The notes under the pieces are model-generated. The model made no database searches and was not told where the DNA came from. It worked only from the letters and a program-made list of their open reading frames with translations. DNA of 64,000 bases from an uncultured Thermoleophilia bacterium (GTDB lineage Bacteria; Actinomycetota; Thermoleophilia; UBA2241), in assembly GCA_963715985.1 (NCBI GenBank), contig CAVQSP010000014.1:352001-416000 (forward strand), given 5' to 3'. How positions within the stretch are numbered: the stretch's first letter is position 1; every line of letters begins with the position of its first letter. Positions 31,625-42,538 of this stretch are shown piece after piece. The position numbers were made by a program, and so were the translations under genes.

Positions 31625-33545
31625 ATGGTGATGAGGAGTTCAAGCAGCTCCGGTAGCGTGAAGCGGTTGTGGCGCATCGGTGCCTTCGTCCTGCTGATCG
31701 CACTGCTCGCCGCCGGCGCCGCGTTCGCGGCCCCGGCCGCGCAGGCGCTGGGCAGCATCGAAGGCACGCTCACGGCCGCCACCGGTCCGGGCGCCGGCAG
31801 TGCGCTCGAGAACATCAGTGTCTACGCGTTCGACCCCGCCGACGTCTCCGCCTACGCGCTGCCCAACCTGGCGCTTGCGGTCGACTCGGCCACGACCGGC
31901 GTCGACGGCAGGTACCACCTCGACGTCCCCAACGGCACCTACGCCGTCTGGTTCAGCGACGGCCTCATGCAGCTGCCGCCGGTGCCGACGGTCAACGACT
32001 ACGTCGCCCAGTGGTACCTGAGCGCGTCGCCGTTCGACGCCGCCAACCCCGGCTGGACAGCCGGTCGTCGTCAACGCCAACCTGAACACCCCCAACATCG
32101 ACGACAGCCTCGCCCAGGCCTGCATGATCTCGGGCACGGTCACGCCGGCCGTGGCCGGCATCGAGGTCTACGTACTGACGAATGGTGCGAACTACTTCGA
32201 TTTCGCCGAGTCGATCCAGTCCGGCGATCTGGACGTGCCCGCTGCGGTCACGGACAGCACCGGCTCCTACCAGATCATGCAGCTGAACCCGACCGGTGCT
32301 GCCGGCCCAGCGGCCTACTGGGTCTACTTCTATGACCCCACAGGCACGTACGCGCCCATGTGGGGCGGCGGGGGCGCTCCGTGGGCCCCCGGCACGGGTC
32401 TCACTCAGACCATCGGCGGGGATCCCATGGTCGCCGACGCCGCCTTGGGGCTCGGGAGCTCCATCAGCGGCGCCGTGGACGGTGACGTCGGCTACGGCGA
32501 TCTTCAGTACGACCTGGAGGGCGTGCACGTCCTCGTGTACGAGGCGAGTAGCGGCCTGCTCGTGGGCGACGCCTGGACCGACTACCTTGGCAAGTACACG
32601 GTCTACGGTCTGCCGGGCGGCACCGGCGTAGTTGGCCAAGCACCCACACCCGTCAACTACAAGGTCTACTTCGACCCCTCCTATGAGTACGACGGCGACT
32701 ACTACGCCGAGTGGTGGAACAACCAGCCCGACTATGCCAACGCCACCCTCGTGCCGATCGCTCACGGCGGCATCAACGTCGCCGGCATCTACGCTCTCCT
32801 GCAGGAGTATCCGTGGCTGTGGGGGATCCATCCCGAGTCGGCCGCCAACGACGGCCCCAACCGCTTCGCGACCGAGGTCACGATCGCCGGCTGGGGTTCG
32901 GACTTCATCAGCAGCATCTGGCTCGAGCAGCAGGCCAGCCCCTACCGCATGATCTTCGCGTATGACTGGTGGTACGACGTCGACAGCAACGGCGAGGAGA
33001 CGGTCCACGCCCTCTTCAACCTCGCCACGCCGCTGGCCCCCACCGGCATGTACTCGTTGAACTGGTCGCACTACGACCCGTGGGGCAATTACACGGACGA
33101 CTTCGAATGGGACGCCTTCTGGGTGCTGAGCAGCTACGTGCCCCTGCCGCCGGTGACGCCGACCCCGCTGCCGGCCGTGCCGGTCCCGGCCGTGCCCGCC
33201 GCCCCGGCCCCTGCTCCGGCCCCGGTCGTCACCCCGACCCCGGCCCCGCAGCCGGTCGCCGGTGACATCACCACCGTGGCCTACGCGGCCAGCGTCAAGA
33301 AGGGCAAGATCGCGACCCTCAAGTATCGCGTCAACGAGGCTGTCCTCGGTGGCACCGCTGCCGTGAAGATCCAGGTCACGAACGCTGCCGGCGCCGTGGT
33401 GAAGAACATCACGGTCGCTGCTGCGCCGATGAACCAGGACAACAGCGTCGCCTTCAAGTGCAACTTCAAGAAGGGCACCTACAAGTACACCGTGACCGCT
33501 GCGAACGGTAAGAACGTCGCTTCGGCCACGCTGAAGGTCAAGTAA
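31625..33545 (+). CDS. Secreted surface (S-layer-like) protein with carboxypeptidase-regulatory/Cna-B-like repeats, Pro-rich linker and basic C-terminal domain (frameshift near 32060)
   Basis: Signal peptide ending 'APAAQA'; repeated 'G.Y...Y.V.F.D...Y..W' units; 'PVTPTPLPAVPVP' linker; Lys-rich tail. Confidence 0.7.
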
Positions 33546-33587
33546 GACGCACACACCTGCACCATCTCGGTGCAGTGCAAGAGAAGC

Positions 33588-33625
33588 ACGCGACGGGGCC
33601 GGCTCTGCCGGCCCCGTCGCGTTTC
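33588..33625 (+). terminator. Intrinsic terminator
   Basis: ACGCGACGGGGCCGGC-TCT-GCCGGCCCCGTCGCGT followed by T residues. Confidence 0.75.
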
Positions 33626-33734
33626 GTGTCTCTGTCACGTGACTCGGACGGGTCGTGCTTCGGGTCTCGTGCCGCTATTCTGAGACGACCCTGCCGGCGA
33701 TGGACGCCGCAGGCGGACCGTCAAAGGGGGTGCC

Positions 33735-35528
33735 GTGCGGGGAGTGCGAGCGGCGTGGCGAGTGTGGCTGCTCGTCGGCTTGACCCTGGTCGTGAGCGGT
33801 GCCGCGGCGCCGCGGGCGGCTGCAGGCCCGCTGCCGCGCACAGCGCCGCTTGACCCGGCGTTTGTGCGCTACCGGGCCGACCTTGAGGTCAAGCGCGTGC
33901 TCGGCCTGGACCGGGTACCGGGGTTTCGGCCGGGCCTGGTCCCGTCGCCCGTGGACCCGACCGTGTCCGGCGGCGGCGTGCTCGCCGCCGCGCGACGGAC
34001 CGCCTACCCCTCCTCCTATGACCTGCGCACCCTCGGCAGAGTGTCACCGGTCAGGAACCAGCTCCCGTGGGGCACGTGCTGGGTCTTCGCCTCCTACGGT
34101 TCACTGGAGTCGTGCCTGCTGCCCGGCGAGCTGGGCGACTTCTCCGAGGACAACGTGTCGCTCAACGCGGGCTTCGATACCGGCGGCGACCCATACGGTC
34201 ACGGCGGCAACTTCGGCATGGTGGCCGCCTACCTGCTGCGCTGGGCCGGCCCGGTGGACGAGAGCGCGGACCCGTATGGCGACGGGTCCTCCCCCGCCGG
34301 ACTGGCGGTGGCCAAGCACGTGCAGGAAGTCCTGTACATCCCCGGCGGCACCACCGGCAAGGATACGGGCAACATCAAGTACGCGCTCACGACGTACGGT
34401 GCGGTGGCGACCCTGTTCTACTGGGACGAGGAGCGGTACGAGCCCGACGGCGGGGGTTACTACTACAACGGTCGCAGTGACGCCAATCACGCCGTGACCA
34501 TCGTCGGCTGGGATGACGCATTCCCCGGGACCGGCTTCGTCTCGCCGGCCCCCGGCGACGGTGCCTGGCTGGTGAAGAACAGCTGGGGGGACGGCTGGGG
34601 TCAGAGCGGCTACTTCTGGGTGTCCTACTATGATCGCTACTGCGGGTCCGCGATCTCGATGAACGCGGTGTTCAACGGCACGGAACCATCGACCAACTAC
34701 GGTGACGTCTACTCCTACGATCCTCTCGGACAGACGAACGTGTACGGCTTCACCTCGAACACGGTGTGGGGCGCCAACGTGTTCACTGCACGGGGCAACG
34801 ATCTCGTCGTCGCCGTCGGCTTCTACACTCACGCGCCCGGCACCGCCTACACCGTCCGTGCGGGCTCGTCGCTGCAGTCGTTGCAGGACGCCGGCTCGGG
34901 CACGATCGCCGTCCCCGGGTTCCACACGGTGAAGCTCTCGTCACCGCTGCCGGTCACGGTCGGCCGCGAGTTCGTGGTGGCCGTGGGCCTGACGTCCCCG
35001 AGCGACACATACCCTCTTTCCGTCGAGAACGCGGAGGACGGATACAGCTCGGCCGCGACCGCCTCCCCCGGGCAGAGCTTCGCCAGTTACGACGGGGTCG
35101 ACTGGAGCGATCTGAGCGAGTGGGACCGCACGGCCAACGTGTGCCTCAAAGCCTACACGGCGGGCCCGGCGCCGAGCCCCACGCCCACGCCTTCTCCGTC
35201 GACGACCCCCAAGCCGCCCGCGGATACCGTCGGCCCTGTGTGCGCCGCGAAGAACGTCACGGTGAAGCGCTACGGGACGTGCAGCATCGCCTTCATGGTG
35301 CACGACGCGACCAGTGCCCAGGTGACCAGGCACGTGGTGCTCACCACGAAGTCGGGGGTCGTGAAGATGAGACGGGCGTGGGACTACGGGGTCGATAGCG
35401 ACGGCTGGAGGTCCTTTCGCTACCGCTGTCCGCTTCCCAGGGGGAGCTATCGCATCGTCGTCACCGGCGAGGACCTTGCCGGCAACAGCGCCAGCGTGGT
35501 CGGCAGGGCCACGTTGACGGTGACGTAG
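33735..35528 (+). CDS. Secreted papain-like C1A peptidase with lectin-like domain and shared C-terminal domain
   Basis: Catalytic 'Q..WGTCW', 'NHAV', 'KNSW'; 'NVCLKAYT' lectin-like end; PT-rich linker. Confidence 0.9.
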   Translation: MRGVRAAWRVWLLVGLTLVVSGAAAPRAAAGPLPRTAPLDPAFVRYRADLEVKRVLGLDRVPGFRPGLVPSPVDPTVSGGGVLAAARRTAYPSSYDLRTLGRVSPVRNQLPWGTCWVFASYGSLESCLLPGELGDFSEDNVSLNAGFDTGGDPYGHGGNFGMVAAYLLRWAGPVDESADPYGDGSSPAGLAVAKHVQEVLYIPGGTTGKDTGNIKYALTTYGAVATLFYWDEERYEPDGGGYYYNGRSDANHAVTIVGWDDAFPGTGFVSPAPGDGAWLVKNSWGDGWGQSGYFWVSYYDRYCGSAISMNAVFNGTEPSTNYGDVYSYDPLGQTNVYGFTSNTVWGANVFTARGNDLVVAVGFYTHAPGTAYTVRAGSSLQSLQDAGSGTIAVPGFHTVKLSSPLPVTVGREFVVAVGLTSPSDTYPLSVENAEDGYSSAATASPGQSFASYDGVDWSDLSEWDRTANVCLKAYTAGPAPSPTPTPSPSTTPKPPADTVGPVCAAKNVTVKRYGTCSIAFMVHDATSAQVTRHVVLTTKSGVVKMRRAWDYGVDSDGWRSFRYRCPLPRGSYRIVVTGEDLAGNSASVVGRATLTVT

Positions 35529-35576
35529 GCACGGCTCCGGTACCATGGACGAGGCACGCGGCCGAGAGGAGATGCG

Positions 35577-37330
35577 ATGCGCAGCGCGCTGGTGAAGATG
35601 AGGATCGTGCTGACAGCGTCGCTGCTGCTGGTCGCCGTGGTCGGCCTGGCCTGGCCGGCGGTCTCGCGCGCGACGACGCTGGAGCGGCTCAGCGTGGCGC
35701 AGATGTCGCGGCACGCGGTGGCCGTAGTGGAGGGCACCGTGCTCTCAACGGCGGCACGGGAGACGTCGTCCGGAGTGCGCACCGCCGTTCGCATCCACGT
35801 GGAACGCGTGCTCAAAGGGGTACAGTCGCGCATCATGACGGTAAACGTCCCAGGCGGCGCTCTGCGGGACGGCAGCGTCGTCGTCGTGAGCGGCATGCCG
35901 TCCTTCACGGTGGGCCAGCGCTACGTCGTCTTCGTCGACGTCTACGGGTGGGTCATCGGCGGCTTCCAGGGGCAGTTCGAGGTGGAGCAGGGCCGCGTGA
36001 CCGCCACCGGCGAGTCGCTCGGAGCCTTCGGGCGCCGCGTGGGGGCGGCTCTGGGCCGGCCGGCGTCGGCGCCTTCGGTCCGGCTCCGCGGCGGCACCGA
36101 AAGCGCGAGCGGTTGCCCTGGCCGCGCCCACGATCACCGGCATCTCGCCGTCCTCGGCCTCCGCCGGCACAGGGAGCTCTGTGACGATCAGCGGCAGCGG
36201 CTTCGGTACCGTGCGCGGCAAGGTGTACTTCTCCTACGGCCGCAAGGGCGTCATGCGCATCGCCTCGACGTCCATCCAGTCCTGGAGGGACTCCTCCGTC
36301 ACCTGCGTGGTGCCCATCGACATCATCGACGACTACGCCGCGTCCGCCGGCAGCGGACCTGTGGTCGTGACCACCGCTCTGGGTATGCAGTCGAACGAGT
36401 TCACGTTCTAGGTCCCCTTCGGCTACGGTGACGCCAAGTGGAACAGGACGTCCGTGACGTATCGCGTGAACACCTCCGGCGTGGACACCGACCTGCGCAC
36501 GAGCCTGCTGGACGCCGGCGCAGAGATGTGGAGCGACGTCGGTGCGAGGTTCTCGTTCAAGGACGGCGGTACGACCACCTCGACCTTGGCCGAGGACGGC
36601 GTCAACGTGATCAGCTGGGCGGACGGTCTGCCCTACGGGGTGCTTGCGTGGACGCTGACGTCTGTCGACGGCGCCGTGATCTCCGAGATCGACATCGAGT
36701 TCAGCAACGCCTTCGCCTGGAGTGACGGGGCCCCCGGCTCGGGCACGTACGACCTGCAGACCACGGCCTCGCACGAGCTCGGCCATTGGCTGGCACTGCT
36801 CGACCAGTACATGCCTGCGGACGCCGAGAAGGTCATGTACGGCTACGGCGACAAGAGGTGCAGAAGCGCACGCCGGCGTCCGGGTGACATCGCCGGCATC
36901 ACCTGGATCTACGGCGGCGGCCCTGGGCCGACGCCCACGCCGACCACGACGCCGACGGTCTCGCCGACGCGACGCCGACGCCACTCCGCGACCGCTCCCA
37001 CGCCGACACCCACCCCGAGTCCGGCGGACGTCGGGGCCGGTGTGCGCAGCTCCGCAACGCCAGCGCGCGGCGCGGCGGCATCTGCAGGATCGAGTACATG
37101 GTCTCCGACGACTCGAGCCTCGTGGTGACCCGCGGATCATCGCATCACCACCACCGCAGGGGTGGTGAAGAAGAGCTGGTCCGGAGTGCCCGAAGCGCTG
37201 GACGCGTGGCAGTCCTTCAGGTTCAGGTGCGACCTGCGCAAAGGCAACGTACCGGATCGTGGTCACGGCAGAGGACCTGCTCGGGCACCCCGCGAGCGTG
37301 GTCGGCCGGGCGACGCTGACGGTCAGGTAG
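35577..37330 (+). CDS. Secreted IPT/TIG plus matrixin-like metalloprotease with shared C-terminal domain (frameshifts and in-frame TAG at 36409; pseudogene or errors)
   Basis: Signal peptide; IPT 'VTISGSGFG'; zinc motif 'HELGHWLALLD'; PT linker; ends 'VVGRATLTVR'. Confidence 0.7.
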
Positions 37331-37397
37331 GCCGGGTCAGGCAGGCCGCCGGTGCCGGTCCGGGGCTTGCGGGCGGCGCCGGCAGGCTATACTCTCG

Positions 37398-37414
37398 TGC
37401 ATAGGTCTTATGCA
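37398..37414. promoter_or_regulatory. Palindrome TGCATA-N5-TATGCA between the -10 (TATACT) and the RBS of orr
   Basis: CGTGCATA-GGTCT-TATGCACG has perfect 8-bp arms; matches the site upstream of ord. Confidence 0.55.
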
Positions 37415-37426
37415 CGGGAGGGCACG

Positions 37427-38503
37427 CTGAACGGACCCACGCTCTTCGTCGATCTGGACAAGGTGCGCGACAACACGCGCCGCGTCGTGGCAGCCCTGGG
37501 CCGCGTCGACGTGATCGGCGTCACCAAGGTGAGCTGTGGCAGCCCGGAGGTAGGCGCCGCGCTGCTCGAGGGGGGCGTCGTCGCCCTCGGCGAGTCGCGG
37601 CTGGAGAACGCCGAGCGGCTTCGCGACGCCGGGGTCACGGCGCCGCTGTGGCTGCTGCGGGCGCCGCCGCCGGGTCTGGCCGAGGCGACCGTCCGGCTCT
37701 GCGACGTGTCGCTGCAGAGCGAGCTCGAGACGGTGACGGCGCTGGACGCCGCCGGCCGCCGGCAGGGCCGCCGGCACGGCATCGTGGCCATGGTCGAGCT
37801 CGGTGACTTGCGCGAGGGCATGATGCCGGCCGAGCTGCCCGGCTTCGTTGCGGCCGTCGAGAGGCTCGACAACGTCGAGCTTGCCGGCGTCGGCGTGAAC
37901 CTCACCTGCTACGGCGCCGTGGTACCCGACGAGGAGAACCTCGGCCGCCTCGCGGAGCTTGCGGCGGCCGTCGAGCGGCAGACAGGTCGCCGGCTTCGTC
38001 ACGTCTCCGGCGGCAACTCCGGCTCCCTCGACGTGGCGCTCTCGGGTCGCATGCCGGCGACCGTCACCTCGTTGCGCATCGGCGAGAGCATCCTTCTCGG
38101 CGTGGACACGCTCACGCGGGAGCCGCTGCCGCTGGGGCTGCACCTGGATGCCTTCACCGTTGCGGCGCCCGTGATCGAGTGCCTGGAGAAGCCGTCGCTG
38201 CCGACGGGCACGCAGGCTCAGGACGCCTACGGCAACAGGCCCGTCTTCGGCGTCGACAGGGGGCTGCGGCGGCGCGCGATCTGCGCCCTCGGGCGCCAGG
38301 ACGCGCCGCCGGAGGGCCTGCGCCCGCTGGACCCCCGGATCGAGATACTGGGGGCCTCCAGCGACCACCTCATCCTCGACGTGCACGACCTCGACCGGCC
38401 GCCCTCTCTGGGCGACCCGGTGAGCTTCGTGCCGACCTACGCTGCCACGCTGCAGCTGTTCACCTCACCGTACGTCCACAAGGTGTTCACTCCGCCAGCC
38501 TGA
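37427..38503 (+). CDS. orr: Ornithine racemase (alanine racemase fold, PLP); apparent CTG start after GGAGG
   Basis: 'GVTKVSCG', 'ESRLEN', 'GDLREG', 'NLTCYG', 'SGGNS', 'LRIGE', 'ILGASSDHL'; ornithine cluster context. Confidence 0.8.
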   Translation: MNGPTLFVDLDKVRDNTRRVVAALGRVDVIGVTKVSCGSPEVGAALLEGGVVALGESRLENAERLRDAGVTAPLWLLRAPPPGLAEATVRLCDVSLQSELETVTALDAAGRRQGRRHGIVAMVELGDLREGMMPAELPGFVAAVERLDNVELAGVGVNLTCYGAVVPDEENLGRLAELAAAVERQTGRRLRHVSGGNSGSLDVALSGRMPATVTSLRIGESILLGVDTLTREPLPLGLHLDAFTVAAPVIECLEKPSLPTGTQAQDAYGNRPVFGVDRGLRRRAICALGRQDAPPEGLRPLDPRIEILGASSDHLILDVHDLDRPPSLGDPVSFVPTYAATLQLFTSPYVHKVFTPPA

Positions 38504-38548
38504 CACCCTGATCGTGGCGCGGAGACACCTGCAACCACAGGAGTGAGC

Positions 38549-39876
38549 ATGGCCAGAAAGACACGAGAGTCCTGATCATGGGAGCCGCCGGGCGCGACTT
38601 CCACAACTTCAACACCTTCTTCCGCCACAACGAGTTCTATGAGGTCGTGGCCTTCACAGCCACGCAGATCCCCTACATCAACGACCGCAAGTACCCCGCG
38701 GAGCTGGCCGGCCGGTTGTATCCCGACGGCATCCGCATCCACGACGAGTCGGAGCTCGAGGAGCTCGTCGGGAAGCTCGAGGTCGATCAGGTCGTGTTCG
38801 CCTACTCGCGACGTACCGTACGAGTACGTGATGCACCGCTCGGCGCGCGTGAACTCCCTGGGGGCCGACTTCCGCCTCATGGGCCCGGCGCACACCATGG
38901 TCAAGAGCACGAAGCCGGTGATCGCCGTCTGCGCCGTGCGCACCGGCGCCGGCAAGAGCCAGACCACGCGCAAGATCCAGACCATGCTGCGCGAGGCCGG
39001 CAAGAAGGTCGTCTCCATCCGCCACCCGATGCCGTACGGCGACCTCGTCGCCCAGCGCGTGCAGCGGTACGCGACGCTGGACGACCTCAAGAAGTACGAG
39101 TGCACCATCGAGGAGATGGAGGAGTACGAGCCGCACGTCATGGCCGGCAACGTCATCTACGCCGGCGTGGACTACGAGGCCATCGTGCGCGAGGCCGAGA
39201 AGGAAGCCGACGTCATCCTCTGGGACGGTGGCAACAACGACTACAGCTTCTACGCCGCCGACCTCTACATCACCGTCGCCGACCCGCACCGGCCCGGTGA
39301 CGGACTCGTGTACTACCCGGGCGAGGTCAACCTGCGGCTCGCCGACGTCGTCGTGCTCAACAAGATCGACACCGCCGATCGCGCCGGCATCGACGCCGAG
39401 CTGGAGGCCGTGCGCTCGGTGAACGCGAAGGCGACGATCATCATGGCGCGCCTCACCGGTCACCGTCGACAAGCCCGCGATGATCAAGGGCAAGAAGCGT
39501 CCTCGTGGTCGAAGACGGCCCCACGCTGACGCACGGCGAGATGAAGTACGGCGCCGGCACCGTGGCCGCGAGGCAGTTCGGCGCGGCCGAGCTCATCGAC
39601 CCGCGGCCGTTCGCCACCGGCGAGATCAAGGCGACGTTCGAGAAGTACCCGAACGTCGGCGTGCTGTTGCCGGCCATGGGGTACTCGGAGCAGCAGCTCA
39701 AGGACCTGGAGACGACCATCAACGCCTCCGGCGCCGACGTCGTCGTCATCGGCACGCCCATGGACCTGCGCCGCATCATCGACATCAAGCTGCCCGCCGT
39801 GCAGGTCGGCTACGACCTGCAGGAGATCGGCAGCCCGACGCTCGAGGACGTGCTCAAGCGTCACAAGTTCATCTGA
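38549..39876 (+). CDS. COG2403 P-loop protein (cyclic 2,3-DPG synthetase-like; probable arginine synthetase ArcE); frameshifts near 38567, 38810 and 39450-39500
   Basis: 'IMGAAGRDFHNFN', 'AFTATQIP', 'VRTGAGKSQT', 'RHPMPYG', 'WDGGNND', 'VEDGPTLTHGEM', 'LPAMGYS'; adjacent to OTC. Confidence 0.85.
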
Positions 39877-39891
39877 GCCACTCGAGGTGCC

Positions 39892-39948
39892 GCCGGGGCG
39901 GCGGCGGGAACACGGCGACTGCCGTCATGTTCCCGCCGCCGCCCCGGC
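39892..39948 (+). terminator. Strong GC hairpin between the COG2403 gene and OTC
   Basis: GCCGGGGCGGCGGCGGGAACA ... TGTTCCCGCCGCCGCCCCGGC; no U-tract. Confidence 0.45.
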
Positions 39949-39996
39949 GCGGTCAGGTAGACTTCACCGGCCGACACTCGCTCCCAGGAGGGTCCC

Positions 39997-40960
39997 ATGC
40001 CCGAGATCGTCAACGCCTGCCTCTCCGAGCTCGACCTCACCGGCCGCAGCTTCCTCACGATCCATGACTTCACGCCCGACGAAGTCCGCTCGCTGCTCGA
40101 TCTGGCCGCCGCCATGAAGGACGCCCAGAAGCGCCGTGCGCCCCATCACGTGCTGGCCGGCCGTGCCGTGGCCATGATCTTCATGAAGACCAGCACCCGC
40201 ACGCGCATGAGCTTCGAGGTCGGTATCGAGCAGCTCGGCGCGCAGCCCATCTTCCTCAATGCCAACGACATCCAGCTCCGCGTCGGCGAGACGATCAAGG
40301 ACACGGCCAACGTGATGAGCCGGTACGTGGACTGCATCATGATCCGCACCTTCGCCCAGCGGGACGTGGAGGACCTGGCCGCGTACGGGCAGATCCCGGT
40401 CATCAACGGGCTCACCGACACGCACCACCCCTGCCAGGGCATGGCCGACGCGCTGACCATTACGTGAGCACTGCGGGCGTCTGGACGGGATCAAGCTGGT
40501 CTACATCGGCGACGGCAACAACGTCACGCACTCGCTCGCCGAAGTGGGGGCCAAGACCGGGATGCACGTCGTCGCCTGCACGCCTGAGGACTACCGGCCG
40601 GACGCGGAGATCATCGCCCGGGCGCAGGAGGACGCGAAGGAGACCGGGGCCACCATCGAGCTGACCGGCGACGTGGCGGCGGCGGTGAAGGGTGCGGACG
40701 TCATCTACACCGACACGTTCACGAGCATGGGCCAGGAGGCGGAGCACGACGTGCGCCTGGCCGCCCTCACGAGCTACCAGGTGAACGCGCAGCTGCTGGA
40801 GGTGGCCGGCCCGCAGGTCAGAGTCATGCACTGCCTGCCGGCCCATTGGGGCGAGGAGATCACCGAAGAGGTGCTGTACTCGCCCAGCTCGGTGGTCTTC
40901 GACCAGGCCGAGAACCGGCTGCACGCGCAGAAGGCGATCATGGCGGCCGTCATCGCCTGA
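39997..40960 (+). CDS. argF: Ornithine carbamoyltransferase (1-nt insertion near 40461)
   Basis: 'STRTR', 'HPCQ', 'GDGNN', 'YTDTFTSMG', 'HCLP', 'QAENRLH'. Confidence 0.93.
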
Positions 40961-41036
40961 CGGCGCCGCCGAGGTCGGTGGCACGTGCGCGAAGGGGCGG
41001 GGCGCCGGCAGGCGCCCCGCCCCTTCGCGCACCGGC

Positions 41037-42531
41037 TCACTTCCAGGTGACGAACCACGTCAGGCGCCGGTAGACCTCGAAGAGCACGGGGTAGCCGAGC
41101 AGGAAGGGCAGCCACGCCAGCCCGAGGCCGGCTACGGCGCCCACGTACGCCCAGGCGGCCGCGGCAAGCGTGACCGGCCGCCGCTCCGGCGCCCGCACGA
41201 TCGCGGCCGCGGCTGCGGCCGCCAGGCAGGCGCCCCCGACCAGGGCCGCGCCGCGCCACCAGAGGCCGGATCCGTCTCCGAGCACGCCCTCTCCCAGGCC
41301 CGCCACGCTCAGGGCGCCGGAGGTGAGCAGCGCGGCGGCGCCGAAGCCCAGGACCTGCGGCGGGCAGGCGACGCGCTGCCGAGCCATGCGCGCGAGGGCC
41401 GTGGCCACGAGGATCGCCAGGAACGGGACGACCGGTGCCATGTAGTAGATGTACGCCTGGCGTGTGGTGAACAGCCACGGCACGTAGAGGACGGCCACCA
41501 GCAGCGGCGCCAGCGCCAGGCGTGCGTCGCGGCGCAGCGGCGGCCTGCACGCCGAGCACCACGAACGCGGCCAGCGCCGCCCACCACAGCAGCGGGTTGC
41601 CGATCGCGATCAGCCCGGTCGTGCCGCGGTCCGTGGCCGCGAACCGGTACCAGATGGGGTGGACGTCCGCGGGCCACGTGGCCGGACGGGAGGCGAAGCT
41701 CACCGTGCCGCGCACGTCCCAGTTGAAGCCCAGCATGTAGCGCTGCAGGTGCAGCCAGTCAGCGACGCCGTGGCCGCTCCAGAAGTAGCCGGCATAGCCG
41801 GCCACGTACACGACGGCCGCGAGCGCGAGGACGACGCCGGCCGCCGCCGCCAGCCGGCGGCCTCCCAGGCGGCGCGCCGCCAGCCCGTACACCACGAAGG
41901 CGGCGAGCACCGCGAGCGCGCCCGACCACTTGCTGCCCACGGCCGCGCCGGCGGCGAGGCCGCAGAGTACGGTCCAGCGCGCGAAGTGGCCGCCGGGGGC
42001 CGCCGCGCGCAGGGCGCAGTAGATGCAGGCCGCCGTGCCCAGGGCGACGAACGCATCGAGCACGGCGAGGCGCGACTCGACGACCAGCATGGTGTCGGCG
42101 GCCGCCAGCACCGTGGCCGCAAGGGCCCACAGCGGGGGCAGGCGCAGGCGCCTCGCCAACGGGTAGACGAGCGCGATGAGGAGCGTCCCCGCCAGGGCGG
42201 AGGGGAGCCGCCAGCCCCAGGGCCCGTCGCCGAAGGCGGCGATGCTGCCGGCGATGGCGAGCGTGGCGAGCTCGGGGTGCGCCAGCGAGCGTGCCGCGCC
42301 GGGCCGCCACGAGTCCGGGCCACGCGGCCCCAGGTCGCCGCGCAGAAGGGCGGCGGCGTCGTGGGCGTAGTAGTACTCGTCGAAGACGTAGCCGGGGAAG
42401 GTGTCGAGGCCCGCAAAGCGCACGAGCGCGGAGACGGCCACGGTGAGGACGACGAGCGTGAGGATGAGGCGCCGCCGGCCGGAGCCCGGCGTGGCGGGCG
42501 CGAGGCTGCTTGCCGGGCCGGCGCTCTGCAT
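41037..42531 (-). CDS. Dolichyl-phosphate-mannose protein mannosyltransferase (PMT/GT39)-like glycosyltransferase (frameshift near 41520)
   Basis: 'VFDEYYY', 'HPELA', 'GWRLP', 'SRLAVLD', 'SKWSG', 'GNPLLWW'. Confidence 0.8.
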
Positions 42532-42538
42532 GGGGCGA

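Noticed and set aside
36409-36411. In-frame TAG in the matrixin-like gene as pyrrolysine or stop-codon recoding (likewise TGA at 63618 as selenocysteine)
   Set aside because: Neither lies at a catalytic position, TAG and TGA end many normal genes here, no pyl/sel genes are in the window, and the 35577 gene also has indels.
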